A stretch of DNA of 64,000 bases, taken from the NCBI RefSeq assembly GCF_009914755.1, contig NC_060926.1, one strand, 5' to 3'. The notes beneath the pieces are model-generated. The model saw only the letters and a program-made list of their open reading frames with translations, searched no databases and had not been told where the DNA came from. A program made the position numbers and the translations under genes. This DNA comes from the human T2T-CHM13v2.0 reference genome, Homo sapiens. Positions 16,041 to 28,503 of the stretch are shown here, piece after piece; within the stretch, counting starts at the first letter, position 1; every line of letters begins with the position of its first letter.

Positions 16041-16524
16041 ACACTCATGTTTATTGTGGCACTATTCACAATAGCAAAGACTTGGAACCAATCCAAATGT
16101 CCAACAATAATAGACTGAATTAAGAAAATGTGGCACATAAACACCATGGAATACTATGCAGCTGTAAAAAATGATGAGTTCCTGTCCTTTGTAGGGACAT
16201 GGATGGAATTGGAAATCATCATTCTCAGTAAACTATTGGAAGAACAAAAAACCAAACACCGCATATTCTCACTCATAGGTGGGAATTGAACAATGAGAAC
16301 ACATGGACACAGGAAGGGGAACATCACTCTCTGGGGACTGTTGTGGGGTGGGGGGGAGGGGGGAGGGATAGCTTTAGGAGATATACCTAGTGCTAAATGA
16401 CGAGTTAGTGTGTGCAGCACACCAGCATGGCACACTTATACATATGTAACTAACCTGCACATTGTGCACATGTACCCTAAAACTTAAAGTATAATAAAAT
16501 AAAATAAAATAAAATAAAATTTAA

Positions 16525-16808
<284 letters not shown>

Positions 16809-16857
16809 CTATGTCTATTGACAACCAGTCAGTAGCTATGTTCCATCTTTGTAATGG

Positions 16858-16962
16858 GTTTTCCTCTTTCTTTTTCTCTCCCCAACATTCCTTTCCTTTC
16901 CTCTCCTCTCCTCTTTTTTCCTTTCCTTCCTTCCTTTTTATCTTTTCTTCTTTCATTCTCCT
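16858..16962. repeat. CT-rich low-complexity tract
   Basis: Direct read. Confidence 0.7.
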
Positions 16963-17363
16963 TCACTTGACATCATTTCCTTCTTCAAATATTAATACAA
17001 CTTGGATAAACTTTTTTTTTTCCTTATCTACCTGAAAGTGTGTGCTTTCTCTCCTTTACAGGCCTCTGCAATCACTACAATAAAATATTTGAATCATTTG
17101 ACCTGCATTTTGTAATAATAATAATAATCATAATAATAAACTCTGACAGGTCTGGCTGTCCCACTTCCATGTGGTGACTCCCCTATCACTCTTGTAATTG
17201 CTTTCAGCTACCTGGACATTATTTTCTCCTCAATCCAATAGCTTTTAAGAAAACCCTGTTTAGTGCAATCATTAAAAATAAACTCTGGCTTCCAAAGAGG
17301 AAACACAAACATGAGAGATTGCTCTTGAGATTAAATAAATGATAAACATTTAAAACCAAATGG

Positions 17364-17633
17364 TGTATATGTGCCACATTTTCTTAATCCAGTCTATCAT
17401 TGTTGGACATTTGGGTTGGTTCCAAGTCTTTGCTATTGTGAGTAGTGCCGCAATAAACATACGTGTGCATGTGTCTTTATAGCAGGATGATTTATATTCC
17501 TTTGGGTATATACCCAGTAATGGGATGGCTGGTTCAAATGGTATTTCTAGTTCTAGATCCCTGAGGAATGGTCACACACATATACATATGTAACAAACCT
17601 GCACGTTGTGTACATGTACCCTAGAACTTAAAG

Positions 17634-17667
<34 letters not shown>
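17364..17667 (+). mobile_element. Short 5'-inverted L1PA (L1PA4-6) with (TA)n tail
   Basis: Antisense ORF2-end/UTR 17364-~17577, sense terminal ~60 nt, (TA)n; TSD ccaaatgg at 17356-17363 and 17668-17675. Confidence 0.9.
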
Positions 17668-17669
<2 letters not shown>

Positions 17670-17849
17670 AAATGGAAGCTAGATATTGTTTTGTTCCATT
17701 TTTTCTTTTGCTCATGCTCAGAAATATTTATATCATTCATTAATGGATGTAATTTCTGTCAGCTATTGGCAGAGCTGGCATTTGAAGCAAGTGCTTCTAC
17801 CTGTTGGATGATCTTAGTTATATTTCTAAGGAACTGAGGGACAACACTT

Positions 17850-18090
17850 TATCATGTACCGTGTTTATATGCTTTCTCATCTACTCTCTTATTTGCCCCT
17901 ATAACCCTAAACCTAGTGATATTTTTATTATTATCATAAATTTACAAATGAAAAAACTGAAGCAAAGATTGAAGTAAAAAAAATCATGCTTCTGGGAGGT
18001 AAGGTTTGGTACCCAAAAAAATCATACTGCTGGGAGGTGAGGTTTGGTACTGGGTTTGTCAACTTTGTAGTCTGTGTACTTTTAACATAA
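17850..18090 (-). mobile_element. MIR with internal 38-bp tandem duplication
   Basis: attatcataaatttacaaatgaaaaaactgaagcaaagattgaagtaa; duplicated unit 17977-18050. Confidence 0.6.
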
Positions 18091-19766
18091 GCCCTACAGG
18101 TAAATAAAAGTTAAAAGATGTCTCAGTTGATGCATGATTTCTTGTGTTCATGATAACAAAAATCATTATGAATAGATGATTATCTGAGTCACAAGACATC
18201 ATGGAATGAGTGTAGATTTTAGTGTCAGGGGATACATTTAAATTCTGGCTATTTTGCTTATAATGTAGTAGGTCAACAAATGGAGTCATACTAATTATTG
18301 TTGTTATTAATCTCTCTATGCCTGAAAGCAAAAGTGTTTTATGAGGAAAGTGTATACCATATTAAAAATGTAGGAGGAAAGCGAAGGATCCGAGTTCAGG
18401 ACAAACTCTTAGAGTGTTTTTTTCTTCTTCTTCAATTATGCCTCCTTATGTTTTCATCAGATGAGAATGACTAGGACAATTTAAGTAAAATTGATAAGGA
18501 ATATCAGGGAAAAATGTGTGTAGGAGCAAGTCACAGATGTATCTGTTGGTGAGTTAAAAATCAACACGAACAATGAGAACTTCGTGACAAAATCTACCAA
18601 TCTATTATCTTGCACAACTGTTGATAGTGAACTTTATAATAAGAGGTCATTCCAGTGGTTATAAAGCCCAGTCTCCTCATTCTACAGGAAAAACAGAGGT
18701 ATGGAGAAGATCAATGACTGAATTTACATGTCTTGTGACAGGATTGGAACTTGTAGCCAGGACTCAGGATTCTGAGTACTGTAGTTTTGCTTGCAGTCTC
18801 CAGGCACTGAAAGTGACCCCCATTTAAAGAATTACCTTCTTTATTGATAGGATTAGGCTTCGTCATAAAGAACTGTCAATGATTCAGTTGGTAGATGCCA
18901 GAAATTATGTGATTCTCAGGCAACAAAAAATTATCTATCTGTCTATCAATCATTTATCTATCGGTCTAATCTATTTAGATAAATAAAACAGACTCATTCA
19001 GGGGCTCCATTTGAAGTGTTCTTTGGAAAACTCTTTCAGCAGTTATGAGGTGCCCACTCATTATCATTGCCTGCTCACTGTCAGGAAACATTTTGACTCT
19101 AATAAATGCAAGAATACAAAGCCCAAATCAAACTTCAGATGCCATCTGAGCATATGACTCTGGTACCTTTGGGATGTTCACACTGCTCTAAATAAACAGA
19201 TTACTTGGCTAGATTTACTTGGCATGTCTGCCCGTGCACACTGGAAAACTGGGACAAGTTTCCAGATCCAAATGGGTGGAGGAATCAAGCAGTGCCTGAG
19301 GTTATCTGATTAAAATTCATTTGGAAAAGTATTATTCAAAAGGATTTCAGAACTATCTGAAAAGACAGCATGGCTGTATGGCACGTATTTCAAACAGTTG
19401 GATCAAGATCTGAATAATGTTGCTAAAAATGCTAATGGAAGCTTCTCAGTGGCACCATGTGTGGATTTTGCCCTTGATAACCAGATAAACCAGAGCTTGA
19501 CTTTTAAAAGGTTATTCTGAGGATATTTGTGCATATTAGAAGATGAAATCATTACAAGCAGGGTATTCAATTAAAAGAGAAAGATCCGAATTACTTTCTC
19601 GTCTGTGAATGTCCCCTCACTTTGAGCCTGGTAAAATTGACAGTTTTTGAGATTGATGAGTTTGTATAGTCCTTACAATAAATAGACTGCATATTTTGCA
19701 GTTACTCACCCACAGCCTACATATCCTTCAAAATGTGCATGAGTAATGTTAAAAAATCTGTTTAGA

Positions 19767-20061
19767 TGATTTCCAATTTCATCATTCTCAGTAAACTACC
19801 GCAAGAACAAAAAACCAAACACCGCATATTCTCACTCATAGGTGGGAATTGAACAATGAGATCACATGGACACAGGAAGGGGAATATCACACTCTGGGGA
19901 CTGTGGTGGGGTGGGGGGAGGGGGGAGGGATAGCATTGGGAGATATACCTAATGCTAGATGACGAGTTAGTGGGTGCAGCGCACCAGCATGGCACATGTA
20001 TACATATGTAACTAACCTGCACAATGTGCACATGTACCCTAAAACTTAAAGTACAATAAAA
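19767..20061 (+). mobile_element. Young L1PA2 3' UTR copy with 5' micro-inversion
   Basis: gagatcac, gcattggg, gctagatgacGAGttagtggg (GAG, not the Ta ACA), aaaacttaaag; 16-bp TSD aaaaaatctgtttaga at 19751-19766 and 20062-20077. Confidence 0.93.
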
Positions 20062-20274
20062 AAAAAATCTGTTTAGAATTTAGTAGTCAGGTGGACTTTA
20101 GAATGCAAAGAAAAAATAGGATTATTAAAATTAGTTTAACAGCATGGAGTTAAATAAAGAAGGGAAAGACCTCCTGCTTGGGGCATGTGAAATACAAAAG
20201 AAAAAATTAACTTCTAAGCATCCATTTTCTTCTAGTTTCTCATCCAATGAGATTATTTTGACTTATTAGCTTTG

Positions 20275-21220
20275 GTATTCAATAAAGATTTATCAAGCAT
20301 ACCCACTGTGTGTCAGACACTGTGTCAAGTCCTGAGTATATCAAGATAAGTAAGATTGATATACACCCTCAAGGCACTTAGAGTCTAATGAGGAGATAGA
20401 AAAATACATGTTGACAATATTAAGTACCATTACAGAGATATCCACAGGGGGCAGTGGGAGCAGAAAGGGAAAATATAAATCAGTATTGGGTAAGGGGGAG
20501 TTGAGCCTCACAGAAAGAATGGTTCTTTAAAGCTCTATTGAGGGTTCATCAAGTGAAAAAGGAGGGAAAAAAGCACTCAAGAAAGAAGGTATTAAATATG
20601 TTAGGAAATGGAGATCTGAGCCACTCTGACTAGTTCAGTGAATCATAAGTAGTTTGGAATAACTGGGACAAAGGGTGCTTATGGGGAGACAGTGAGAGAC
20701 AAACTTAGGGCTACTAGCAATTGATAATAACTGGCAGAACTACAATTTCAAGGGTCTTTGGTATTAAGTTAATGAATTTGAATTTTATCCTGAGAGTTAT
20801 AGGGATTTATTGAAAGATTTTTACCTGTGGGTGTGCTTGATAAAACTTGTGTTTTAGCAAATCACTTTGGCAACAACGTGGGGAATAGTAGGGAGCAGCC
20901 AGGGTGGAGGTAGGATATCTCTTAGCATGCTATTGCAATAACTTATGTAATATAAGAGGCAGATGGTAATGGATATGAGAGACATTCAGGAGGTATGAAC
21001 TATTGGATTTTGGGACTGATTTGATGTGTTGTGGACACTTAAGTGAAAAAGGGGATCTAAGCTGATTTTCAGTTTACAGTTAACCAAAGAGTTAGATAAA
21101 TCAGAAAGGTCAGTCAGGTGGATAGTAAAGATGATCAGTTTAAATCACAACATGTTAAATTTGAGTCTTTAGACTCCGCAGAAATGGGCTGAATAGACAG
21201 TTGCATATATTGGTTGGACG
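20275..21220 (-). mobile_element. L2 LINE 3' portion
   Basis: ttcaataaagatttatcaagcatacccactgtgtgtcagacactg...ccctcaaggcacttagagtctaatgaggaga. Confidence 0.75.
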
Positions 21221-21559
21221 GTGAACAATAAACATTAATAAAGTGAAACTAAAGTCAAATATAAACATGATGGTAAAACAGTACCTGGCTGCTCCAAATT
21301 TGTTCAGACATTTTGCAAAAGTAAATTATATGCCAATGTATTAAAGCTTTTTAAAAGAGAACATTGAACCAATCAGTAGTCTTTAAGGGACTCTAGAGGT
21401 TGAAATAGGAACCACAAGATTGCAAGTATAATTTCAATGTTCAAATTAAAGTCATTCTAACTTCATAAGCTTTAGGGATCTGAAACCTATCAGACAGATA
21501 AATGCTGTTGGTTTCTGACCTTCACTGGGATTTTTAACATAACTACATAAAATTACTTA

Positions 21560-22190
21560 AGGCCAAATAGAGAAATATGGACTGAACAATACAATTTAAT
21601 GTAATCCTTCCTAACAACTGTGCTCAAAAATTGCCAACTCTAGATGAATAGTGAGTGGGTGATGTGCTGCAAGGCTCTGTCCTTGGTTTTGTCCAAATAC
21701 TTTGTCAAACTATTGGATGAAGATATAAAATCCATTTTCACTACATTTTCAATGGATATCAAAGTTGAAGACTGAAAGCAGGCTAGATGACATTTAGAAT
21801 CCATAAAAATCTTAATAGAGGAAATTTAATAGGGGTGGATCTGAAGATCCTGCACCTGAGCTCTCAGAATTACCTAAAAACTATTTCTTGGCTGAGTTGG
21901 GGCTGTCAACTCGCTCAACATACAAACTAAATTAATAATAAAATAGAAATAAGAGCACATTCAAAGAAAAACCTTCAGGCACTGATATAAGCCAGAATCC
22001 AGTTACATGATAAGAGAATAGACTAAAGAAACTGGAGCCACAGAGAAAATTCGAGAGAAACACAAATAATTGTTGATCTGTGGAGACTTCAAAGAGTGTC
22101 ACATGGAAGAAGAATCATGTTATATATAATCGTAAGGACTGGAACTAGTGGTATCGGACAAAAAGAAGATACTTTTTTCAGTTCATCTCT
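21560..22190 (+). mobile_element. L3/CR1 LINE RT-region remnant
   Basis: gtgctgcaaggctctgtccttgg...ttggatgaagatata matches the CR1 GVPQGSVLG/NDLD region. Confidence 0.65.
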
Positions 22191-22204
22191 GTGCTGCGTT
22201 TGCT

Positions 22205-22430
22205 CACAGTGGAGTAGAGGATAACATTGACTTTAGAGTCAGACTTTTCTAGCTCTACTGTAATTAGCTGTGTAACCTTGGACAGATTTCTTTAGCATTT
22301 TTCTGTCTCATTTTCCTCATCTAAAAATGAGGATGATAATAGGATCCAGCTCATAAGGTTATTGTTAGGATTTAGTGAGTTAATATAGGTAAATCACTGA
22401 GAAAAGTGTCTGGCACATAGGAATTGCTTT
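22205..22430 (+). mobile_element. MIR SINE
   Basis: tagctgtgtaaccttggacag...ctcattttcctcatctaaaaatgagg...gtgtctggcacatag. Confidence 0.85.
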
Positions 22431-23299
22431 TGTGCCAACTTCCACTGTTACCAGGAGCAAAAGGTGAGTTGTTCCCCAAGGAACAAGAGAATTAGAGAGA
22501 TATTCTTCAAGAAGCTTTTAAAAAAGTATTGGTCATTTGTAAGCCAGGGTCTGTGAGTTGGTGACAGTTCCCAACTGTCCTAGAGGCTGTCTGCCCACAC
22601 ACTTCCCATCAGAGTTTATGGGGGGAGCCAACTGCAGGCAACAGTGTTCATCCCAGGACCTAGGACAATCTTCTGGTTGGTTATCGGACCAGCTCAGGCA
22701 CTCCTGTCATTGCCAAACTCATCTTCTAGTCTTCATACTTTAATTTTCCATACATGTCTCTGACTTCTGTGTCAATAACCGAGTCAGAATCTGTTTTTCT
22801 GGAACACAGTCTTTGCCTCTCATCCCAAGTCCTTGCTGGAGGATAAGGGCAGTGAAGCAATAAGCCTTTATTTAAAATATTCTCGGGTATAAACTGAAGT
22901 CCATGGAGCCACAAGCACAAAGCAAATATTTGATGTTTTATAGAAAGTGGGAAAAGGCTTCTTTCTATCTCGAGATCAGAACAACCTTGAGATTTTACTA
23001 GCAGCTACATTAGTGTGTTGTTGTTTCTAGACTGTGGTTTGTGTACACATGTAACAATTCATCATCTTGTACACATTAAATATATACCATCTTTATTGGC
23101 CAACTTTTTAAAAAACAAACAAACAAACAAACAACAACAACAAAACCCCCAGGATTTGGAGTATCTCATACTTCTGAGTTACCTACCCAGCAATCTAATT
23201 AAAATTTCTGGGTCAGATCTTTGAATCATGTTCATCATCCTTTCCACTCTATCTATGGACCATACCTTTCTCATATTGAGTTCCACTCATATTGTGTTT

Positions 23300-23550
23300 C
23301 ATTGTTTCTTAAAACAATGAAATCCATGGACAAATGGCCTTGAGAAACACTGCATTACTATAACCGTGGCTTCAATATTCCCAAGACAGATTAACTTATT
23401 AAAAGCCCCAATAATTCCTCCAGAATAAATTCCCCTAGAGTAAATTTATCTGAGTTTAACCCGTAGTTGCTAGTTTGTTCATTCATAAAGTTATTTTTAG
23501 CCTGTGGTCCATCAATATCTTATAAATCTAATATTTGGGGAAAAAATGGA
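23300..23550. mobile_element. MER103C/Charlie4-like MITE
   Basis: ccatggacaaat..ttgagaaacactgcattactata...ttattaaaagc. Confidence 0.5.
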
Positions 23551-23616
23551 ACTATTAATTTTAGCAGCCATTATTTGAACTAAGTATTCATTTATTCTTG
23601 AAAAGAGGCTTTTAAT

Positions 23617-23750
23617 TAGGGAAAACATATGTCTCCATTTTCTTGGGACATTCCCAGTTCATTGATGTTGATCCAGTGTCATTATTAATAGCTCCCTCTT
23701 TCTCTCTGAAAAATATAATTGTTCTGATAATCAATTACATAGACACTGAA
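23617..23750. mobile_element. MER94 (hAT-Blackjack)
   Basis: taggg...catatgtc..ttgggacattcccagtt..attattaatagctccctctttc. Confidence 0.65.
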
Positions 23751-23775
23751 CCTATAAGGTAAGGTATTATCATCT

Positions 23776-23778
<3 letters not shown>

Positions 23779-23808
<30 letters not shown>
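23779..23808. repeat. T30 homopolymer without an attached SINE body
   Basis: 30 consecutive T. Confidence 0.95.
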
Positions 23809-23809
<1 letters not shown>

Positions 23810-23811
23810 GC

Positions 23812-24270
23812 TTTTGCCTCTCTAGTGTCTATCCTGCCTACTGCAGCCAGGAAGAACTTTTACAAAGGTAAACTAGATCATTTATTTCTCAGCTCATAAT
23901 CCTCCAGTGGCTTCTAGGACCCTCAGCCAAATCTATAGCTCTCAAAGACCTAGTGATTTAGCTGCTGGCTATATCTCTGATGTAATGTTCGAAAAACTCT
24001 CCTACCTGTTCTCACGGGGCTGCTTACTGTCCCTAAACATATCAAGTTGTTCCTACTTCAAGGCCTTTCCTTTGCTGCATTTTTCTGTCTGGAAATCTCC
24101 CCGGTTATTCACATGACTTGTTTCCTTACTTCATTGAGTTTTCTGCTCAAATTTTATTTCCTGTGATCACCTTATCTAAAACTGCTTTCTTTTCTCTATC
24201 CTTCTCTATCTCTTTATCCTTCTTTACTTTGTATTTGTTTTCTGTATTGTTTGAGTTATATATCAAACAC
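23812..24270 (+). mobile_element. L2 fragment
   Basis: actgcagccagg..aaactagatcat..cctccagtggcttct..aaggcctttcctttgctg. Confidence 0.65.
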
Positions 24271-25349
24271 CCCAGTGACATTAACACCCTGGAAACTTCA
24301 TTAAGTTGTATTTATGTACTCTTTGTAAAACATTTCTGCTATTTTCAGTTCTTCAAGTAAATTAGCAAAATAGTTAGGAAATAATTGCATACATTTGCTC
24401 ACTTTAAAAGACTGACATTTTAAATAATGTTGTCAAGTTTCATTTATCTCCCTTATTTCTGGATATTTTGATTCACAAGCACTCTCTTTTGACCTGTATG
24501 CTTCTTTTGATGAATATGGATGCAATCTACCTTTCTTTGGGAAATGTATCTGTAACTAAATCAGTAACTTAGAGGAAAGGAGCTTTCTAGAAATCACCCA
24601 GTACATTCTCCTGGTCGGATAGGGAAATATACTAAGGAAGATAAATGTTTCTTTCATGTACTTCAATGTGTGGATGGACATCTATTTTGGTTTGTGCTTC
24701 ATCATGTCCTTTTGGGAGTTGCCCCTTGCCCACGTAGTAGGGATCTCAATCCAAGGCCTCATCTCATTTGCCACTTATGTGGGACCTGACAAAAGCTTTA
24801 CAACAAGAATATGTCATCTCCCTGTGGATGCAGAGTGTCCCAGGTCTCAGATTATCTTATAACCAGGGAATCAAAGTGTCAAAGGAACTTTTCTTTCTAT
24901 CTCTCTACTCAGATGTACTCTGCACCCTCAATCAAGATCTTACCATGAAGCATCAAAGACTGTTTTCATCATCTCTAGACGTCTTAACATCATCCTCACA
25001 AGAATTTAAATCTCCCCTTGCCCAGCATCCATAGCAATCCTCCAACAGGATTCTGATATGTTCCATTTGGTTCTTTCTAGGCCAATGGATATAGACAGAA
25101 AAGCAAACAAAGTGAATATAATCCTAGAAATGGATCTAAATACTATTGAACTTATAGTCACTACAAAACTTTCTTTAGAAAAATTTGTACTCATTGCTAC
25201 ATGGTTTATTTTCCCAATTTAGCTTCCCTTTCCTCATGTCATTCATCTAACCCACTGAAGAAGGCACAATCATTTAGCCAGACTTCCATCTTCCCTCTCA
25301 GGTTTGCGGACTATGGTCTGGTTTTCAACCTCTGCAATTTTCTTTTCTT

Positions 25350-25480
25350 TAGATTCTCAAATTTCATTAATAAATTATTTGAGGGTAAGGGCTGTGTCTT
25401 AGTCATCATTTTGTACACCAAAATATAGTGTTTGAAAGATAGTAGATGTGCAATAAATGCTTGTTGAGTGACTAATAATA
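25350..25480 (+). mobile_element. L2 3' terminus
   Basis: ttgagggtaagggctgtgtc...caataaatgcttgttgagtga. Confidence 0.65.
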
Positions 25481-25919
25481 ACTAATATTTATTGAGTAAT
25501 TACTAGGTGACAAAAACTAAACATATACTTTATCTCATTGGTTCTTACAATAAGAATATAATTGCATTTTAAAAATATTTTTATTCCTTTAGTACAGTTG
25601 TGAAGATTTATTAGAGCATTCAAATACTTTCATGTGACTTTGAATAATAAACACATTACTCAGATTAAGTAAAGAATACTCATTTATTCACTTAATTATT
25701 CATCAAACATTAATTATCTACTTTGGGTCAGGAAATAGCAGTCCATATGCAATATAAGGAAGATGTCACAGATCTGGTCACATTCCTGGTTAGAACCCTT
25801 ACCTCCTACTCTCCAGCCACTGATTTCAGAACAAAGTTCCAACTTATTAGCAATATACAGGATTCTCATCATCGCCTCTTCAATCTTATTCCTGACTATC
25901 TCATACCTAAAAGCTCGAG

Positions 25920-26135
25920 CAATAGCAAAACCCTAATAGAGATTAGGCTAGTGGTTATCCTTGAGGGGAAAATGGTCTGGAAAGAGGGATAAAGGGGCCT
26001 TCTGAAGTACTGAGAATGGTTCTGTTTCTTGATCTATTTGATGGGTATATGGGTCAATTCCATTTATGAAAATTCCTTGAGCTGCATAATCACATGTTTC
26101 TGTAGGTATGATATACCTCAATAAAGAGTAAACAA
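25920..26135 (+). mobile_element. L1ME 3' end
   Basis: tagtggttatccttgaggg...gttctgtttcttgatct...tacctcaataaa. Confidence 0.7.
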
Positions 26136-26403
26136 AAGAAAACAACAAAGCACCTTTTGTAATAATGAACTATTTCTAGTTTCCCATCCATAATTTGTCT
26201 TAATTTTCCCTTTTCTCTAGACTTTGCATATGCTGCTCCCTCAACCCACATCTCTACTGGTCTGTGCCATTAACTCTGTCTCATAGTTCTCACCGAGCTG
26301 CTTTGCAACGGCCTGTTTTTGCATACTCTAAGTTCTTCAGAACCATGTCTCCAGCTACTAAATGAACTTGGTATAGTGAGATAGTCACACAATTACACTG
26401 GTG

Positions 26404-28503
26404 TACTTTTTATTCAACATAGTGCTAGAAGTCCTATCTAGAGCAATCAGACAACAGAAGGATATAAAGGGCATCCATATTTGACAGGAAGGAGTCAAAC
26501 TGTCCTTGTTTGCCGATGATACAATCTGGTTTTGGAAAAACCAAAAGACTCCACATGAAAGCTATTCAACTGATAAACAAATTTAGTAAAGTTGCAAGAC
26601 ACAAAATCAACACACAGAATTTAGTAGCATTTCCATATGCCAACAGTGAAACAATATAAAAAAGAAATAAAAAGTAATCCCATTTATATTAGCCACACAT
26701 AAAATTAAATACCTAGGAATTAACTTAACCAAAGAAGTGAAAGATTACTACAATGAAAACGATAAAACATTGATGAAAGGAATTGAAGAGGACAACAAAA
26801 AATGGAAAATTAATCCATAATCATGGATTGGAAGAACCAATATTGTTAAAATATCTGTATTACCCAAAGCAATCTATAGAGTCAATGCAATTCCTATCAA
26901 AATGCCGATGACATTCTTCACTGAAATAGAAAAAATAGTCCTAAAATTTATGTGAGACTACAAAAGACCCAGAATAGCTGAAGCTATCCTAAGCAAAAGA
27001 ACAAAACTGGAGGAATCACATTACCTGGCTTCAAATTATAATGCAGAGCTAGAGTAAATAAAACAGCAGGTTACTGGCATAAAAACAGACACATAGACCA
27101 ATGGAACAGAATAGAGAACCCAGAAACAAATCCACACACCTATAGATAGTGAACTCAGTTTTACAAAGTTGCCAAGAACATACACTGGGAAAAAGACAGT
27201 CTCTTCAGTAAATAGGCCTAGGAAAACTGAATATCCATATGTAGAAGAATGAAACTGGACCTCTGTCTCTCGCTAAATACAACAATCAAATAAAAATGGA
27301 TTAGAGACTTAAATCTAAGACCTCAAACCATGAAACTACTACAAGAAAACCTTGAAGAACATCTCCAGCACATTGGTCTGGGCAAAGATTTCTTGAGCAA
27401 TACCCCACAAGCACAGGCAACCAAAGCAAAAATGGATAAATGGGATCACATCAATTTAAAAAGCTTCTGTACAGCAAATAATACAATCAACAAAGTGAAG
27501 AGGCAACACACAGAATGAGAGAAAAATATTTGCAAATTACCCATCTGACAAGGAATTAATAACCAGAATATATAAGGAGCTCAAACAACTCTATGAGATA
27601 CATTCTAATAATCAGATTTTTAAAAATGGCAGCAGATTTGAATAGACAGTTCTCAAAAGAAGACATACAAATGGTAAACAAGCATATGAAAATGTGCTCA
27701 ACACCACTGATCATCAGAGAAATGCAAATCAAAACTAAATGTGATATCTCACCCCAGGTAAAATGGCTTTTACACAACAGACAGGCAATAACAAATGCTG
27801 GTGAGGATGTGGTGTAAAGGAACCCTTTGTACACTCTTGGTGGGAATGTAAATTAGTACAACCACTATGGAGAACAGTTTGGAGGTTCCTCAAAAACTAA
27901 GAATTGAGCTACATTTAATCCAGTAATTCCACTGCTGGTTATATACCCTGCAAAAAAGGATATCAATATATGGAAGTGATATCTGTACTCCTATGTTTGT
28001 TGCAGCACTGCTTATAATACCTAAGATTTGGAAGCTCCCTAAGCATCTATCAACAAATGAATGGATAAAGAAAATGTGGCACATATACACAATGGTGTAC
28101 TATTTAGTTCTGATGTTTCTAAACATCAAAAGAATTGAACTCATGGACATAGAGAATAGAAGGATGGTTACCAGAGGCTGGCAAGGGTAGTTAGGGGATG
28201 TGGGGAAGGCTAATGGGTACAAAAATAGTTAGAAAGAATGAATAAGATCTACTATTTGCTAGCACATCAGGGTGACTGTAGTCAATAACAATTTAATTGT
28301 ACATTTTAAAGTATTGTAAAGAGTCTAATGGGATTGTTTATAACTCAAAGGATAGATGCTTGAGGGGATGGATATCCCATTCCCCATGATGTGCTTATTT
28401 CACATTGCATGCCTGTATCCAAACATCTCATGTACCCCATAAATATATATACTATGTACCCACAAAACATTTTTAAAAATTACTAAAATAGAAAAAAATA
28501 AAA
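26404..28503 (+). mobile_element. 5'-truncated L1MA (L1MA1-3), with an internal 3' UTR deletion near 28107
   Basis: Decayed ORF2 (LFADD region near 26510, [10 protein letters not shown]), 3' UTR tagttagaaagaatgaataagatct..atgtacccacaaaa; degraded TSD aattacactggtg/agtcacattggtg. Confidence 0.88.

Noticed and set aside
16334-16367. G-quadruplex motif (also near 19897-19929)
   Set aside because: Ordinary L1PA 3' UTR G-tract
19130-19620. Possible ancient LINE/Gypsy coding remnant
   Set aside because: Short open frames only; no motif I could match convincingly
20440-20458. CTCF-like cagggggcagt (also ccagagggagcac near 5228)
   Set aside because: 5' half of the motif mismatches consensus; cannot be supported without ChIP data
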